A DNA stretch of 32,536 nucleotides from positions 1 to 32,536 of the forward strand of contig DAIDJW010000001.1 of NCBI GenBank assembly GCA_027451185.1, written 5' to 3'. Below are positions 13,307-25,039 of this stretch, in pieces (the stretch's first letter is position 1; each line of letters begins with the position of its first letter). Origin of the DNA: Candidatus Saccharimonadota bacterium (GTDB lineage: Bacteria > Patescibacteriota > Saccharimonadia > Saccharimonadales > Saccharimonadaceae). The translations under genes were made by a program, and so were the position numbers. The notes below the pieces were generated by a model, which worked only from the letters and a program-made list of their open reading frames with translations, was not told the origin of the DNA and ran no database searches.

Positions 13307-14356
13307 ATGCAAAATTTTTGGCAAGATTTACCACGTCCGTTTTTTGCGCTGGCACCCATGGAGGCGGTGACGGACGTCGTTTTTCGCCATGTCGTGGCCG
13401 CCGCCGGCAAGCCGGATATTTTCTTTACCGAATTTACCAACGCCGCTAGTTACTTTAGCGAAAAAGGTATCGAAAGCACCCGTGGACGACTGGCTTTTAC
13501 GGCCGATGAACAACCAATGGTTGCTCAAATATGGGGCAATAACCCAGAACATTTTGCTTTTATGGCCAAAGGTTTGGCGACGCAGGGTTTTGCCGGCATC
13601 GATATTAACACTGGCTGTCCGGATAAATCAGTTATTAAACAGGGTAGTGGTAGCGCCTTGATTGGTGATTATGAATTGACCGCCAAACTTATTGCCGCTG
13701 CCAAAGAAGGCGGTTTACCGGTTAGCGTTAAAACCCGCTTGGGTAAATTTAAAATTGATGAATACCGCGAGTGGCTAAAGTTTCTACTCGAGCAAGATAT
13801 CGTCAATTTAACGATCCACCTGCGCACCCGCAAGGAAATGAGCAAGGTGCCGGCGCACTACGAGCTAATCACCGACATTGTTAAACTGCGCGATGAAGTA
13901 GCCCCGCAAACACTAATTACAATCAATGGCGATATCAAAGACCGCAAGCATGGCGAGAAATTAGCCCAACAATATGGTGTCGATGGCATCATGATTGGCC
14001 GCGGCATCTTTAGTAATCCATTCGCTTTTGCCAAAAACGAGCCTGGCTCAGACTGTTCAGGACAGGCTTCGCGCCGGGTCTCGAACGGGGCCCCGGCGCC
14101 CGTCGAAACTCGGGCTGCAGATTGTCCTTCGCAGCCCGACCCAGGCTCGGTCGACAAACGTCAAGAATTATTAAAGTTATTAAATCTTCATTTAGATTTG
14201 TTTGATAAATACTCGCCCGAACTGGAGCCGCGGCGCTTTGACCCGCTCAAACGGTTTTTTAAGATTTATGTTCGCGATTTCGCCGGTGCTTCAGAGCTAC
14301 GCGAGAGGCTAATGCACACCAAAAGTACCGATGAGGTTCGCCAGTTAATAAACTAG
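13307..14356 (+). CDS. dus: tRNA-dihydrouridine synthase (Dus family) carrying an in-frame GC-rich insertion of about 37 aa.
   Basis: [26 protein letters not shown] (catalytic Cys region), [19 protein letters not shown] lies 7 nt upstream of the ATG and there is no SD. Confidence 0.9.
   Translation: MQNFWQDLPRPFFALAPMEAVTDVVFRHVVAAAGKPDIFFTEFTNAASYFSEKGIESTRGRLAFTADEQPMVAQIWGNNPEHFAFMAKGLATQGFAGIDINTGCPDKSVIKQGSGSALIGDYELTAKLIAAAKEGGLPVSVKTRLGKFKIDEYREWLKFLLEQDIVNLTIHLRTRKEMSKVPAHYELITDIVKLRDEVAPQTLITINGDIKDRKHGEKLAQQYGVDGIMIGRGIFSNPFAFAKNEPGSDCSGQASRRVSNGAPAPVETRAADCPSQPDPGSVDKRQELLKLLNLHLDLFDKYSPELEPRRFDPLKRFFKIYVRDFAGASELRERLMHTKSTDEVRQLIN
14039..14148. mobile_element. 110-bp GC-rich imperfect palindrome inserted in frame in dus. 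Candidate RPE/MITE-like palindromic element.
   Basis: 8-bp perfect termini GAGCCTGG / CCAGGCTC. Folding position i on 111-i gives 37 Watson-Crick plus 4 G-T pairs out of 55 (hand count). It encodes [37 protein letters not shown] in dus and a similar peptide on the opposite strand. Confidence 0.55.
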
Positions 14357-14775
14357 CGGCGATGATGGCGGCGTAATTCGGCAACTTTCAAGCGGATAGA
14401 ATGGCGATCAATCAGGCGGCTAGCTTTTTCAAGCTCCACCTGGTTAGTAGCTTGGTCGCGTAGCTGCATGGCAGCCTCAAGCGCCGCCCGGCTTTCGGCT
14501 TCAATAATGTCCGGCGCGGCATCGGCTTCGTCAACTAGAATACGGGCCCGCTTGGGCGCTATCTCAATCACGCCACCACTAATAGCAAAGTATTCAAGGT
14601 GATCGTCATCGTCAATCTTCTGGCGTCGTACAGCTAAAATACCAGGCGTAGCAATACTAATTAAGGGTTCATGACCCGGAAAAACACCAATTTCACCATC
14701 GGCAGTCGGTATAATAACCTCGTAAACAGGTTCGCTAACTTTAACTCCCAGCAAGGTGATTAGCTCTAGCTGCAT
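14353..14775 (-). CDS. atpC: F1 ATP synthase epsilon subunit.
   Basis: Last gene of the atp operon. N-terminal beta-sandwich pattern ([21 protein letters not shown]) and a C-terminal helical hairpin. Confidence 0.88.
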   Translation of the reverse strand: MQLELITLLGVKVSEPVYEVIIPTADGEIGVFPGHEPLISIATPGILAVRRQKIDDDDHLEYFAISGGVIEIAPKRARILVDEADAAPDIIEAESRAALEAAMQLRDQATNQVELEKASRLIDRHSIRLKVAELRRHHRR

Positions 14776-14778
14776 AAA

Positions 14779-17029
<2,251 letters not shown>

Positions 17030-17030
<1 letters not shown>

Positions 17031-18556
17031 TAGTTTTCAAACCCCTTGGCAACCGATGCGGCAACTTTCTCAATCTTTTTGAGCTGCTCTTCAGTTGGTG
17101 CGGCACCTTGATTAATTTGGTCTAGGTCCGACTTATAGTCAGTCTCAAGCCGGGTGAGTAGCGCTTCTTGAGCTTCACGCACCGAGCTAACTTTGACGCC
17201 ATCAAAGAAACCATTGCCCACCACGTAGACACTGACGACTTGTTGCCAGATGCTGAGCGGCTGGTATTGCGGTTGTTTCAAAAGCTCAGTCAAGCGCTGA
17301 CCACGTTCAATTTGCTTACGCGTGTCATCGTCGAGGTCGCTGCCGAACTGCGCAAAGCCAGCTAGTTCGCGGAACTGTGCCAAGCTAAGGCGCAAGCGGC
17401 TACTAACCGATTTAATGGCTTTGGTTTGAGCCGAACCACCGACACGACTAACCGACAGACCAACCGAAATTGCTGGTCGAATACCTTGGTAGAATAAGTC
17501 AGTTTCTAGAAAAATTTGGCCGTCGGTAATCGAGATAACGTTGGTCGGTACATAAGCCGAGATGTCACCGGCTTGGGTTTCAATAATCGGTAGGGCGGTC
17601 AAGCTACCGCCACCAAGCTCATCGGACAATTTAGCCGAACGCTCCAATAAGCGCGAATGCAGGTAGAAAACGTCCCCCGGAAAAGCTTCGCGTCCCGGTG
17701 GACGGCGCAACAAAAGTGACATCTGACGATAGGCGACAGCGTGCTTGGTTAGGTCGTCGTAAACCATCAGGGCGTGACCGCCATTATCACGGAAATATTC
17801 ACCCATGGCCGTAGCTGCGTAAGGCGCCAAGTACAGCAATGAAGCTGGGTCGGCCGGGCTGGTGGCGACAACGATCGTCTGGTCCATAACGCCTTCGTCC
17901 TTTAGGCGCTCGACCAAACGAGCGACTTTAGATAGCTTTTGGCCAATCGCCACGTAGATATTAACCACACCAGTTTTTTGCTTGGCTTGGTTAATCATCG
18001 TATCAACCGCAATGGCCGTTTTACCGGTTTGGCGGTCGCCGATAATCAGCTCACGCTGACCACGGCCAATTGGAATCATGGTATCAATCGCCATAATACC
18101 GGTCATTAGTGGTTCGGAAACGCCCTTGCGCCCCATGACGCCGATGGCTTCGCGCTCCACTAAACCTGTGTGCTTAGTTTCAATTGCCGGGCCGCCGTCA
18201 AGCGGTTCACCGAGTGGATTCACAACTCGGCCCAGCAAAGCTTCACCCACTGGAACCTCTAGCAGGGTACCCTTCAAGCGAACTTTATCACCGGCCGACA
18301 CGGCCGATTCATCGCCTAAGATAACGGCGCCAATTTCGTCTTCCATCAGGTTTAAGGCAAACGACTCAATCTTTTGGTCGCCGCTTTCAATCACCAGCAT
18401 TTCGCTAAAACCGGCGTTAGTCAGGCCGTGCACCCAGGCTACGCCGTCGCCGACGCGAATTACAATACCGACATCGCCCAAGCCCTCAGTTGCCTCAAGG
18501 CCAGCAATCGCGTCGCGCAGTTCTTTGGATAGTTCAGTTACAGATATTTCACTCAT
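17030..18556 (-). CDS. atpA: F1 ATP synthase alpha subunit.
   Basis: [12 protein letters not shown]-loop, [41 protein letters not shown]. Confidence 0.95.
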
Positions 18557-18559
18557 TTT

Positions 18560-18946
18560 CTATACCTTGCTTGCTTTTAGGTTTGTTAGTCGTCGGCGCA
18601 CCGTATTGTCCAGCTCTTGACCGTTAACATGCAGAATCAAACCGCTGATGAGCTTTGGCTCCTGGCTGGTGCGCAAATAAATTTTACTCTTTGGAAACTT
18701 GTCGGCAATAAAGCGATTCACCGACTCACTCAACCGAGCACTTAATTCGCGCGCTACAGTGACGTCAGCGATTACAATACCCCGTTCCACCAACGCCAAC
18801 TCGATATCGCGGACAATTAGCGAAGCTTCTTTGGTGCGTTTTGTCGTAACCAGATAGGCGGCCAGCTGATTGATAAACGGTCGCTTATTAGCAATCGCGT
18901 CGGCAGCATAATCTGCCAACTTACGACGACTCAGACGAACCGCCAT
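18560..18946 (-). CDS. atpH: ATP synthase delta (OSCP) subunit, unusually short at 128 aa.
   Basis: Sits between atpF and atpA. C-terminal OSCP-like pattern (ADVTVARELS...LISGLILHVNGQELDNTVRRRL). The N-terminal domain is roughly half the usual length. Confidence 0.7.
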   Translation of the reverse strand: MAVRLSRRKLADYAADAIANKRPFINQLAAYLVTTKRTKEASLIVRDIELALVERGIVIADVTVARELSARLSESVNRFIADKFPKSKIYLRTSQEPKLISGLILHVNGQELDNTVRRRLTNLKASKV

Positions 18947-19476
18947 TAATTCGTCTCCTTAAGAGCATTCGTGACAATCCTGTCATTAATACTGTCTTTG
19001 GCGACCGCACCGGCCGTGACTTTTTCGGTCGCTTCAGCGACCAAGTCGATTGCCTGGTTATAAAGTTCGCGCTTTGCGGCTGAGACATTTTTCTGAATTT
19101 CAGTCTGCGCGTTCGCCACAATAGTTTCGGCGTGCTGGCGAGCCTTGGTTTCTGCCGAAGCCACAGCCGCTACGGCTTCGTCTTTGGCAGTAGTCACAAT
19201 GTCGGCGGCCTGTTCGCGCGCCTGTTGAAGCATTCTGGCAACTTCTTTTTCGGCTTTGTCGGCCGTCTGCTTGGCTTCGTCGGCCGCCTCAAGTGTCGCC
19301 TCGATGGCAGCCTTACGAGCATCAACCGACTTCATTAGCCAAGGGTAGACATATTTTCCAAGTAGCCAAACCAGCACCAAAAAGGCCACAATCTGCAGCA
19401 AAAGCAGTTTCCAGTCAATACCAAGCACTCCAAAAATACTTTGGTTGGCTGCGGCAAATTGGGTCAAATTATTCAT
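18946..19476 (-). CDS. atpF: Fo ATP synthase b subunit.
   Basis: Single N-terminal TM helix (LLLLQIVAFLVLVWLLGKYVYPWL) followed by a long charged Ala/Glu/Lys-rich helix. Confidence 0.82.
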   Translation of the reverse strand: MNNLTQFAAANQSIFGVLGIDWKLLLLQIVAFLVLVWLLGKYVYPWLMKSVDARKAAIEATLEAADEAKQTADKAEKEVARMLQQAREQAADIVTTAKDEAVAAVASAETKARQHAETIVANAQTEIQKNVSAAKRELYNQAIDLVAEATEKVTAGAVAKDSINDRIVTNALKETN

Positions 19477-19484
19477 CTACACTC

Positions 19485-19697
19485 CTACATAAACTTAGCG
19501 ATGATCGCCACAATGATACCGATAATGGCCAATGAGTCACAGAATACGATAGCCGTAATCATTAAAGTACGGATATCGCTCAATTTCTCTGGGTTGCGAC
19601 CAAGAGCATTCAAAGCTCCAGCGCCAATGATGCCGATACCAAAAGCTGCGCCGAGCGCTGGCAATGCGTAGGTAAGCCCAAATGCTAATTGATTCAT
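19485..19697 (-). CDS. atpE: Fo ATP synthase c subunit.
   Basis: 70-aa helical hairpin with a GRNPE loop and an Asp in helix 2 (VFCDSLAIIG). AAGGAGA SD. Confidence 0.9.
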   Translation of the reverse strand: MNQLAFGLTYALPALGAAFGIGIIGAGALNALGRNPEKLSDIRTLMITAIVFCDSLAIIGIIVAIIAKFM

Positions 19698-19723
19698 TTT
19701 TATCTCCTTGTTTTATTAACTAA

Positions 19724-19732
19724 ATTATAACA
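19724..19732 (-). promoter_or_regulatory. Possible internal extended -10 promoter (TGtTATAAT) between atpB and atpE.
   Basis: Minus strand TGTTATAAT lies 1 nt after the atpB stop, 26 nt upstream of the atpE ATG, with the AAGGAGA SD in between. Confidence 0.35.
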
Positions 19733-19733
19733 T

Positions 19734-20561
19734 TCACTCTCGCTGAGCCGCCGTTTTAGTCGCAGCAACTGGGGAATGTTCCAAAACTTCGGGGGCTCCA
19801 TGTGAAGCCTGGGCCAGGGCAGTAAAGATAAGCGTCAGGACAAAAAAGACATAGGCTTGAATAAGGCCGATAAAAATCTCAAAGCCCATAAACACCGGCA
19901 GCACAAAGGTAGCGGCGTAACTAGAAAGTAGCGCCACGACAATCAAAAGTACCTCGCCGGCAAAGGCGTTACCAAATAGACGTAGCGCTAGGGCAGTGCC
20001 GCGCGATACCTCGCCGACCAATTCCAGTAGACCCTCAAAAGCACCGATTGGGTCTTTAAATGGGTTATGGAAATAGCGCTCGGCGTTTTGATAAACACCC
20101 AGATGTTTAATAGCGTAAATTTGTACCGTGACCATGGTAATAAGTGCTAGTGCGACCGTAAAATTCAAATCAGCCGTCACGCTGCGTAGCAGCGGTACAT
20201 GATTCATGGTAATAGAATCAAGACCCGGTAGAATACTCAACCAATAGTTAATCAAAACCACGAAGAAAATCGTCACCGCTAGTGGCGTAATTTTACGTGC
20301 TAATTTGGCGTCGGGAATAATACTATCAATTTGAGCGAGCAGACCTTCAAAAACCCACTGCACTAGTCCCACGAAGCGATTATAGCGACCCCGCTTCACT
20401 TTATAGGCAGCGTAAAACAAGATGGCCAGCGTAATCAAACCGCCCACAGCACCGGTTATCATGGCATTAGTAACCGGAATACCAAAGATGTTTCCAATGG
20501 TTTGCGAGCCGATGCTAACGTGCAAATCTAGGGCGGCAAAATTATCGATAAAAATCGTCAT
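19734..20561 (-). CDS. atpB: Fo ATP synthase a subunit.
   Basis: LALRLFGNAFAGEVLL (essential Arg region) and multiple TM helices. The start is set to ATG 20561 (MTIFIDNF), which has GGAGG upstream and an ATGA overlap with the preceding ORF's stop. The track start at 20633 is an upstream extension. Confidence 0.9.
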   Translation of the reverse strand: MTIFIDNFAALDLHVSIGSQTIGNIFGIPVTNAMITGAVGGLITLAILFYAAYKVKRGRYNRFVGLVQWVFEGLLAQIDSIIPDAKLARKITPLAVTIFFVVLINYWLSILPGLDSITMNHVPLLRSVTADLNFTVALALITMVTVQIYAIKHLGVYQNAERYFHNPFKDPIGAFEGLLELVGEVSRGTALALRLFGNAFAGEVLLIVVALLSSYAATFVLPVFMGFEIFIGLIQAYVFFVLTLIFTALAQASHGAPEVLEHSPVAATKTAAQRE

Positions 20562-20821
20562 AGCGGCCTCCGAACGCGACGCAGTTGCAAGACAACCAAC
20601 CAGGCCGATAGGCCGGTGCCAACAGCCAAGCAAACAATCGTCGCTACCGGCTTACTGTGCCAGCTACGATCAAGCCAAATACCCAGAATAACGCCCCCGA
20701 TAATCGGCATAAACATACGCCAAGTTGTATCGGCCGCCGTAGCTAGCAATAAAAGCACCGTCGATCGTGCCGGCGGCGTTACAGGCTTGACCTTACTATC
20801 GTCGGTATTTGCCCTAACCAT
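20558..20821 (-). CDS. AtpZ/AtpI-like small membrane protein, first gene of the atp operon.
   Basis: 87 aa with two TM helices (IIGGVILGIWLD..., IVCLAVGTGLSAWLVVL). Position and ATGA coupling to atpB support the call. Confidence 0.6.
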   Translation of the reverse strand: MVRANTDDSKVKPVTPPARSTVLLLLATAADTTWRMFMPIIGGVILGIWLDRSWHSKPVATIVCLAVGTGLSAWLVVLQLRRVRRPL

Positions 20822-20828
20822 CGGCGCT

Positions 20829-20837
20829 ATTATACCA
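20829..20837 (-). promoter_or_regulatory. Extended -10 promoter TGgTATAAT, 7 nt upstream of ATG 20821 (leaderless-type), for the atp operon.
   Basis: Minus strand TGGTATAAT-agcgccg-ATG. No SD. Confidence 0.5.
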
Positions 20838-20893
20838 GAGCTGGGGTGTTTTTCATAGAGCTTACGCTAGTTCTAGTGTAACTAACCACACCA

Positions 20894-22930
20894 CTACCAG
20901 TACGGTCGGATACTCTGTGATAGCTGCACATTATCCCAGTAAACCGTATCTGAAGGGCTACTTGAACCGTCATATAGGCGTACATCCATGCCAGTGGCAC
21001 CATCGGGAACGGTAAAGGTCATTGTTAACCGATAGGTACCTGGTACCGGGGGAGCCAAACTTGTTGCTCCAACCGAACTGCTCCATGTAGCCACGATACC
21101 ATAAGGTCGACCGGGCCATAGGGTACCTATCGGTGCTGTTGGGATATGCACCGTGGCTGTCACAGTATACGTATAACCAGCCACTATCGGTGTCGTTGGA
21201 ATAATAAAAGCAAATGAATCCGAGCTGGCCCCATTTGGCGTAATCAACAATGAATGAGTACCAGTATCGGCCCAAGCGGTACTTTGACTGAGTGTCGAAT
21301 TCGCGCCGGTGTAGCCATAGATACCGCCCTCAAAATCACTGTTTTGGGTCATATTGGCAACCGTGTCGTTGGTTGCCGGCAAACCATCTGGCACATAGGT
21401 TGGGTCATACACCTGTAGGTTAAGCGCTGTCAGCGAGCCGGCCGCTGTCCAGGTTTGGACGCTCTGCCAACTGAGCCCACTAACAGTAATCCGCGTACCA
21501 GCTGCTACGGTACCGTATTGATTAGTACTTGACGAAGCATATTTGGCACTGAATAAAAACGCCGAGTAACCAGCAGCGCCATTTACTAAGATAACGCCGA
21601 AACGGTGAGTACCCGGGCCGACTGTTACGGTCGCAGACGTGTCGGCTCCGTAACTAACTGCGGTCCCAACCTGATTGCCATCAAGGTAGACATAACATAA
21701 ATCGTCACAGGCTGTATAATACGTAACCTGAGTCGAGGCGTTAGTAGTCGTGAACGACTGTCTGTCTAGCAGGTAGGTCCCGGAGTTTGCCGGGGCACCG
21801 CCTGAGTTACCGCCCGGCGCCGTAATCCAATCGGCTGCCGCATCACCGCCACCGGATGGCCAGGATGTCATCGCTCCCCATATACCTACAGGCGTCGCAG
21901 CACTATAGTTACCGATATCAACCGCCGTGAACCAACTAGACGCGCCTGGAACTTGCGCTCGATAGTCGGAAAAATTCAAAAGATCGCCAGTCTTAACGCG
22001 CCAGCTGGTATCGGTTGTAACCAAAGGTGCACTAGCACCGTTTAAAGTCAAGGCAGCAATCAGGCTAGTGCCGTTCGGCGAATAGTTATTATTTATGACA
22101 TTAAACAGCATGCTATGGCACCCGGCAGTTAAGCTGACGTTGGCCGTCTCGGTTACATCCCAGCCGCGGCTATAGTCAACGGCTCTAGAATCGATAATCT
22201 TATTGCCGTCCACAAAGGCGGCCAACCGGTCATCTCCCGCGGCTTGAAGGATATAAATTCCAGCTGTCGTAACATTAAAATCTTTGCGGTACCAATAGCT
22301 GCCCGGGGGTAAGTTAGTATTAGCTAGCGATATTTGCTGGGCCCCAGTACCGCTAGGGAAAGAGCCCGACAGAGCAAGATTGTAAGCTACCGTATTTTGC
22401 CAACCGGGCGTATCCTGCAGGGTTGTCGTACAGTTACTGGCATAGCGCAGCGACTCGTTGCGAACATAGCTGCGCCATGGTATGCCGTTACTAGTACGGA
22501 GCAATGAGGTAGTACCGGTCGACGATATCTGCATCATGTCGCCGCCGGCGGTCTGCACCGGCGAACCAACCGAAAAAGTTGTATGCAGACTACTATTAAC
22601 CGCTACCCAGCATCTTGGGTCGGTTGAGCTTACGGCGCAGCTTGTCGTGACATTACCAGAGCAGTCGGTGTTAGGCATTAATGGGTTAGCACCCCATGTC
22701 ACTTGGTTGTTATTGGCAGCCATACAGGCTTGGGCGTATGATATACCGGCCTCGGCCGCTGTCTGAGCGAGCTTGCTATAATACTGGTTTGTCAGGGCAT
22801 TGCGCGTAATGTCGACACTCTGCACGGCCACCGCCAAAACTGACATCATCACCAAGGAAACAATAATAACCGTCGGCAAAGCAAAGCCTTTTTTGAACAG
22901 TTGATACCTATCTGTGATTGTATTCGCCAT
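20894..22930 (-). CDS. PilX-like pseudopilin N-terminus fused to a large adhesin-like region: two PA14-like segments and a C-terminal CBM4_9-like carbohydrate-binding module.
   Basis: KKG|FALPTVIIVSLVMMSVLAVAV (no Glu5). GSYWYRKDFNVTTAGIYILQAAGDDRLAAFVDGNKIID and GTYLLDRQSF...CDDLCYVYLDGNQVG. C-terminus NSDFEGGIYGYTG...GTHSLLI...VYWDNVQLS. Confidence 0.8.
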   Translation of the reverse strand: MANTITDRYQLFKKGFALPTVIIVSLVMMSVLAVAVQSVDITRNALTNQYYSKLAQTAAEAGISYAQACMAANNNQVTWGANPLMPNTDCSGNVTTSCAVSSTDPRCWVAVNSSLHTTFSVGSPVQTAGGDMMQISSTGTTSLLRTSNGIPWRSYVRNESLRYASNCTTTLQDTPGWQNTVAYNLALSGSFPSGTGAQQISLANTNLPPGSYWYRKDFNVTTAGIYILQAAGDDRLAAFVDGNKIIDSRAVDYSRGWDVTETANVSLTAGCHSMLFNVINNNYSPNGTSLIAALTLNGASAPLVTTDTSWRVKTGDLLNFSDYRAQVPGASSWFTAVDIGNYSAATPVGIWGAMTSWPSGGGDAAADWITAPGGNSGGAPANSGTYLLDRQSFTTTNASTQVTYYTACDDLCYVYLDGNQVGTAVSYGADTSATVTVGPGTHRFGVILVNGAAGYSAFLFSAKYASSSTNQYGTVAAGTRITVSGLSWQSVQTWTAAGSLTALNLQVYDPTYVPDGLPATNDTVANMTQNSDFEGGIYGYTGANSTLSQSTAWADTGTHSLLITPNGASSDSFAFIIPTTPIVAGYTYTVTATVHIPTAPIGTLWPGRPYGIVATWSSSVGATSLAPPVPGTYRLTMTFTVPDGATGMDVRLYDGSSSPSDTVYWDNVQLSQSIRPYW

Positions 22931-23051
22931 CGCCAGTGTGCTACGCTTTCTTTAGAGACAGTATAGCATAAGCGACACGGTAGTCTCCAATTTAAAGCTT
23001 TACTTTAACGCAAGATTTAGTGTACAATGTATAGTAAATAAGGGGAAGATT

Positions 23052-23345
23052 ATGAACGAAGCAAGTAAGCCAAACGATTCAAAAATTATCGTCTACCGAA
23101 CCAGCTGGTGCGCCTTTTGCCACACCGAGGTCCAGTGGCTCGAGCACATGGGCATTCCGTTTGTCGCTAAAGATATCGAAGAGGATAAAGCCGCCTACGA
23201 CGAACTAATGACCAAACTAGGCGGTAGTGGTAATTTCCGCGGCGTGCCGGTTACCGACATCAGTGGCGATATCGTGCTTGGTTTTGACCGACCAAAGATT
23301 CAGGACGCCATCAAGGTTCACAAAATCGAACCAGTCGCGGCTTAA
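23052..23345 (+). CDS. Glutaredoxin/NrdH-like thioredoxin-fold protein.
   Basis: IIVYRTSWCAFCHTEVQWLEHMGIPFVAKDIEED with a CxxC motif. AAGGGGAAG SD. Confidence 0.8.
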   Translation: MNEASKPNDSKIIVYRTSWCAFCHTEVQWLEHMGIPFVAKDIEEDKAAYDELMTKLGGSGNFRGVPVTDISGDIVLGFDRPKIQDAIKVHKIEPVAA

Positions 23346-23359
23346 GCCTTTACGATAAT

Positions 23360-23391
23360 AAAAAATAGCCCCTCGCCGCGGGTTATTTTTT
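23360..23391. terminator. Bidirectional rho-independent terminator between the grx-like and ABC-F genes.
   Basis: A-run, stem atagccc (23365..23371) / gggttat (23380..23386) with one G-T, then a T-run. It overlaps the ABC-F stop codon. Confidence 0.6.
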
Positions 23392-25030
23392 ATTGCTTGC
23401 CAAGTTGCAGAACCTCGCCGCCAATGGCGGTTCTAAAATAGCCATCGTGACTAACATAAAGTAGGGCGCCACTATATTTCGACAAGGCCGATTCCATTTC
23501 TTCGATTGATGGCAAATCTAGGTGGTTGGTTGGCTCGTCTAAAATGAGTAACTGCGGGTCGTTGGCTAACATGCCAATCAACTGGAACCTGGCTTTTTGG
23601 CCGCCCGATAATTTACTGACCGGCACCCGGCCGTCACCCTCGTCAAACAAGTAATCGTGTAGTAGGGCCCTAATTTTTGAAGTGGTAATTGACAGGTTGC
23701 GGTCGAGATATAGTCGCTCGATAGCTTCCTCGAGCGGTAGTTCAAAATAGCTCGAACTAACTTCTTGTTCGTAAATCCCAATCCGCACCTGTTTGTCGAG
23801 CTCCAGCTCACCGTCAAACAGCCTCGGCTGGCGGTCGCCTAGCAAGTATTTAATGAGAGTCGTTTTACCAGCCCCGTTACGACCGCGCAGCTCTAAGGCT
23901 TCGCCTTCGCGCAGGTCGATGTTAACATCGCTAAATAATGGTTGTTCGTAGCCTAGGCTCAAACCGCGCGCCCGCACCAAAACATGCTTAGAGCGTGACT
24001 CGTCGTTTTTCAGATTAATCCTTACGTTGCGAGCCTTGAATTTTTTGTATTGGGCAGCCGTTTTGTAATTTAAGTTTTCAACCGAATCTTTATCAATCCA
24101 AAAAGTTGGTTTTTCCTTCGTTAGCAGCTCAGCCAGTTCGACCCGGGCTTTAGTTTCCAGGTGCTTGAAGCGCTGAATAGTCGGCGGGTTGCGCGACTTT
24201 TCCTTCAGCCGCTGATAGTCAACTACCTTAACGCGCAAGTTAGCAATCCGTCGCTCAATTAGCTCGTATTCGCTCATGGCGGCGCCGGTCGAAACAGCAT
24301 TTTGGCTCAAATAGGCGTCATAATTACCCTTAAAACTAACGCTGCTGCCGTCTTTGATTTCAACAATCCGGTCGACTTCTTTGAGCACGTCACGGTCGTG
24401 GGTAATTACCAAAACTGACTCGCGGGCCGACTTGATCCAGTCAATGAATTGCTGTTTGGCGACGTAGTCCATGTGGTTAGTTGGCTCGTCGACCAGCGCC
24501 AAATCGGCCTGGGCGTGCATAATTTTAACAACCTCAACCAAACGTTTCTGACCGCCCGATAGCGACTGAAACGGGCGATGGGCAATACCGTTCAGCTGAA
24601 AATTATCTAGTTCACGCTCGATATCCGACTCGATTTGATAAAAACCTTTGTCATCAAAGCGCTGCAGAGCAGTTGTATATTGACTTATCTTGCGCATATC
24701 GTCGCCCATGGTCAAGGGGTAGCTTTCAATAATATGCGACAATTCAGTGTATTCGGGCAAGCCATTTAAAATGTACTGCAAGACGGTCGTATTGGCAGCA
24801 ACACCGTGATATTCCTGGCTCGTCGATATCACCACTAAACCGCGCTGATAAACAACCGCGCCGCTAAAATCTTTGTCCTGGCCACTTAAAATCTCAAATA
24901 ACGTCGACTTGCCGATACCGTTGCGGCCAATTAAACCGACCTTCTCGCCGTCGTCAATACTAAAGCTAACCCCGGTCATTAAGACCTTGGGGCCAAACGA
25001 TTTTTCGTTAACTTTGATATCGGCAATCAT
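23390..25030 (-). CDS. ABC-F family ATPase: two ABC domains, no TM domain. Translation-factor/EttA-Uup-like.
   Basis: GRNGIGKST / LSGGQKRL / LALVDEPTNHMD, and GRNGAGKTT / LSGGQKARF / LLILDEPTNHLD, separated by a charged linker. Confidence 0.9.
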   Translation of the reverse strand: MIADIKVNEKSFGPKVLMTGVSFSIDDGEKVGLIGRNGIGKSTLFEILSGQDKDFSGAVVYQRGLVVISTSQEYHGVAANTTVLQYILNGLPEYTELSHIIESYPLTMGDDMRKISQYTTALQRFDDKGFYQIESDIERELDNFQLNGIAHRPFQSLSGGQKRLVEVVKIMHAQADLALVDEPTNHMDYVAKQQFIDWIKSARESVLVITHDRDVLKEVDRIVEIKDGSSVSFKGNYDAYLSQNAVSTGAAMSEYELIERRIANLRVKVVDYQRLKEKSRNPPTIQRFKHLETKARVELAELLTKEKPTFWIDKDSVENLNYKTAAQYKKFKARNVRINLKNDESRSKHVLVRARGLSLGYEQPLFSDVNIDLREGEALELRGRNGAGKTTLIKYLLGDRQPRLFDGELELDKQVRIGIYEQEVSSSYFELPLEEAIERLYLDRNLSITTSKIRALLHDYLFDEGDGRVPVSKLSGGQKARFQLIGMLANDPQLLILDEPTNHLDLPSIEEMESALSKYSGALLYVSHDGYFRTAIGGEVLQLGKQ

Positions 25031-25039
25031 ACCTGGAGT

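Noticed and set aside
13328-14157. ORFs 13328..13552 (-), 13389..13661 (+) and 13858..14157 (-) inside dus.
   Set aside because: They are nested in a motif-supported Dus gene. The last is open only because the palindromic insert is open on both strands, which I used as evidence for the element and not as a gene.
20970-22766. ORFs 20970..21275 (-) and 22482..22766 (+) inside the PilX-like adhesin gene.
   Set aside because: They are nested alternative-frame or antisense ORFs with no independent signals.
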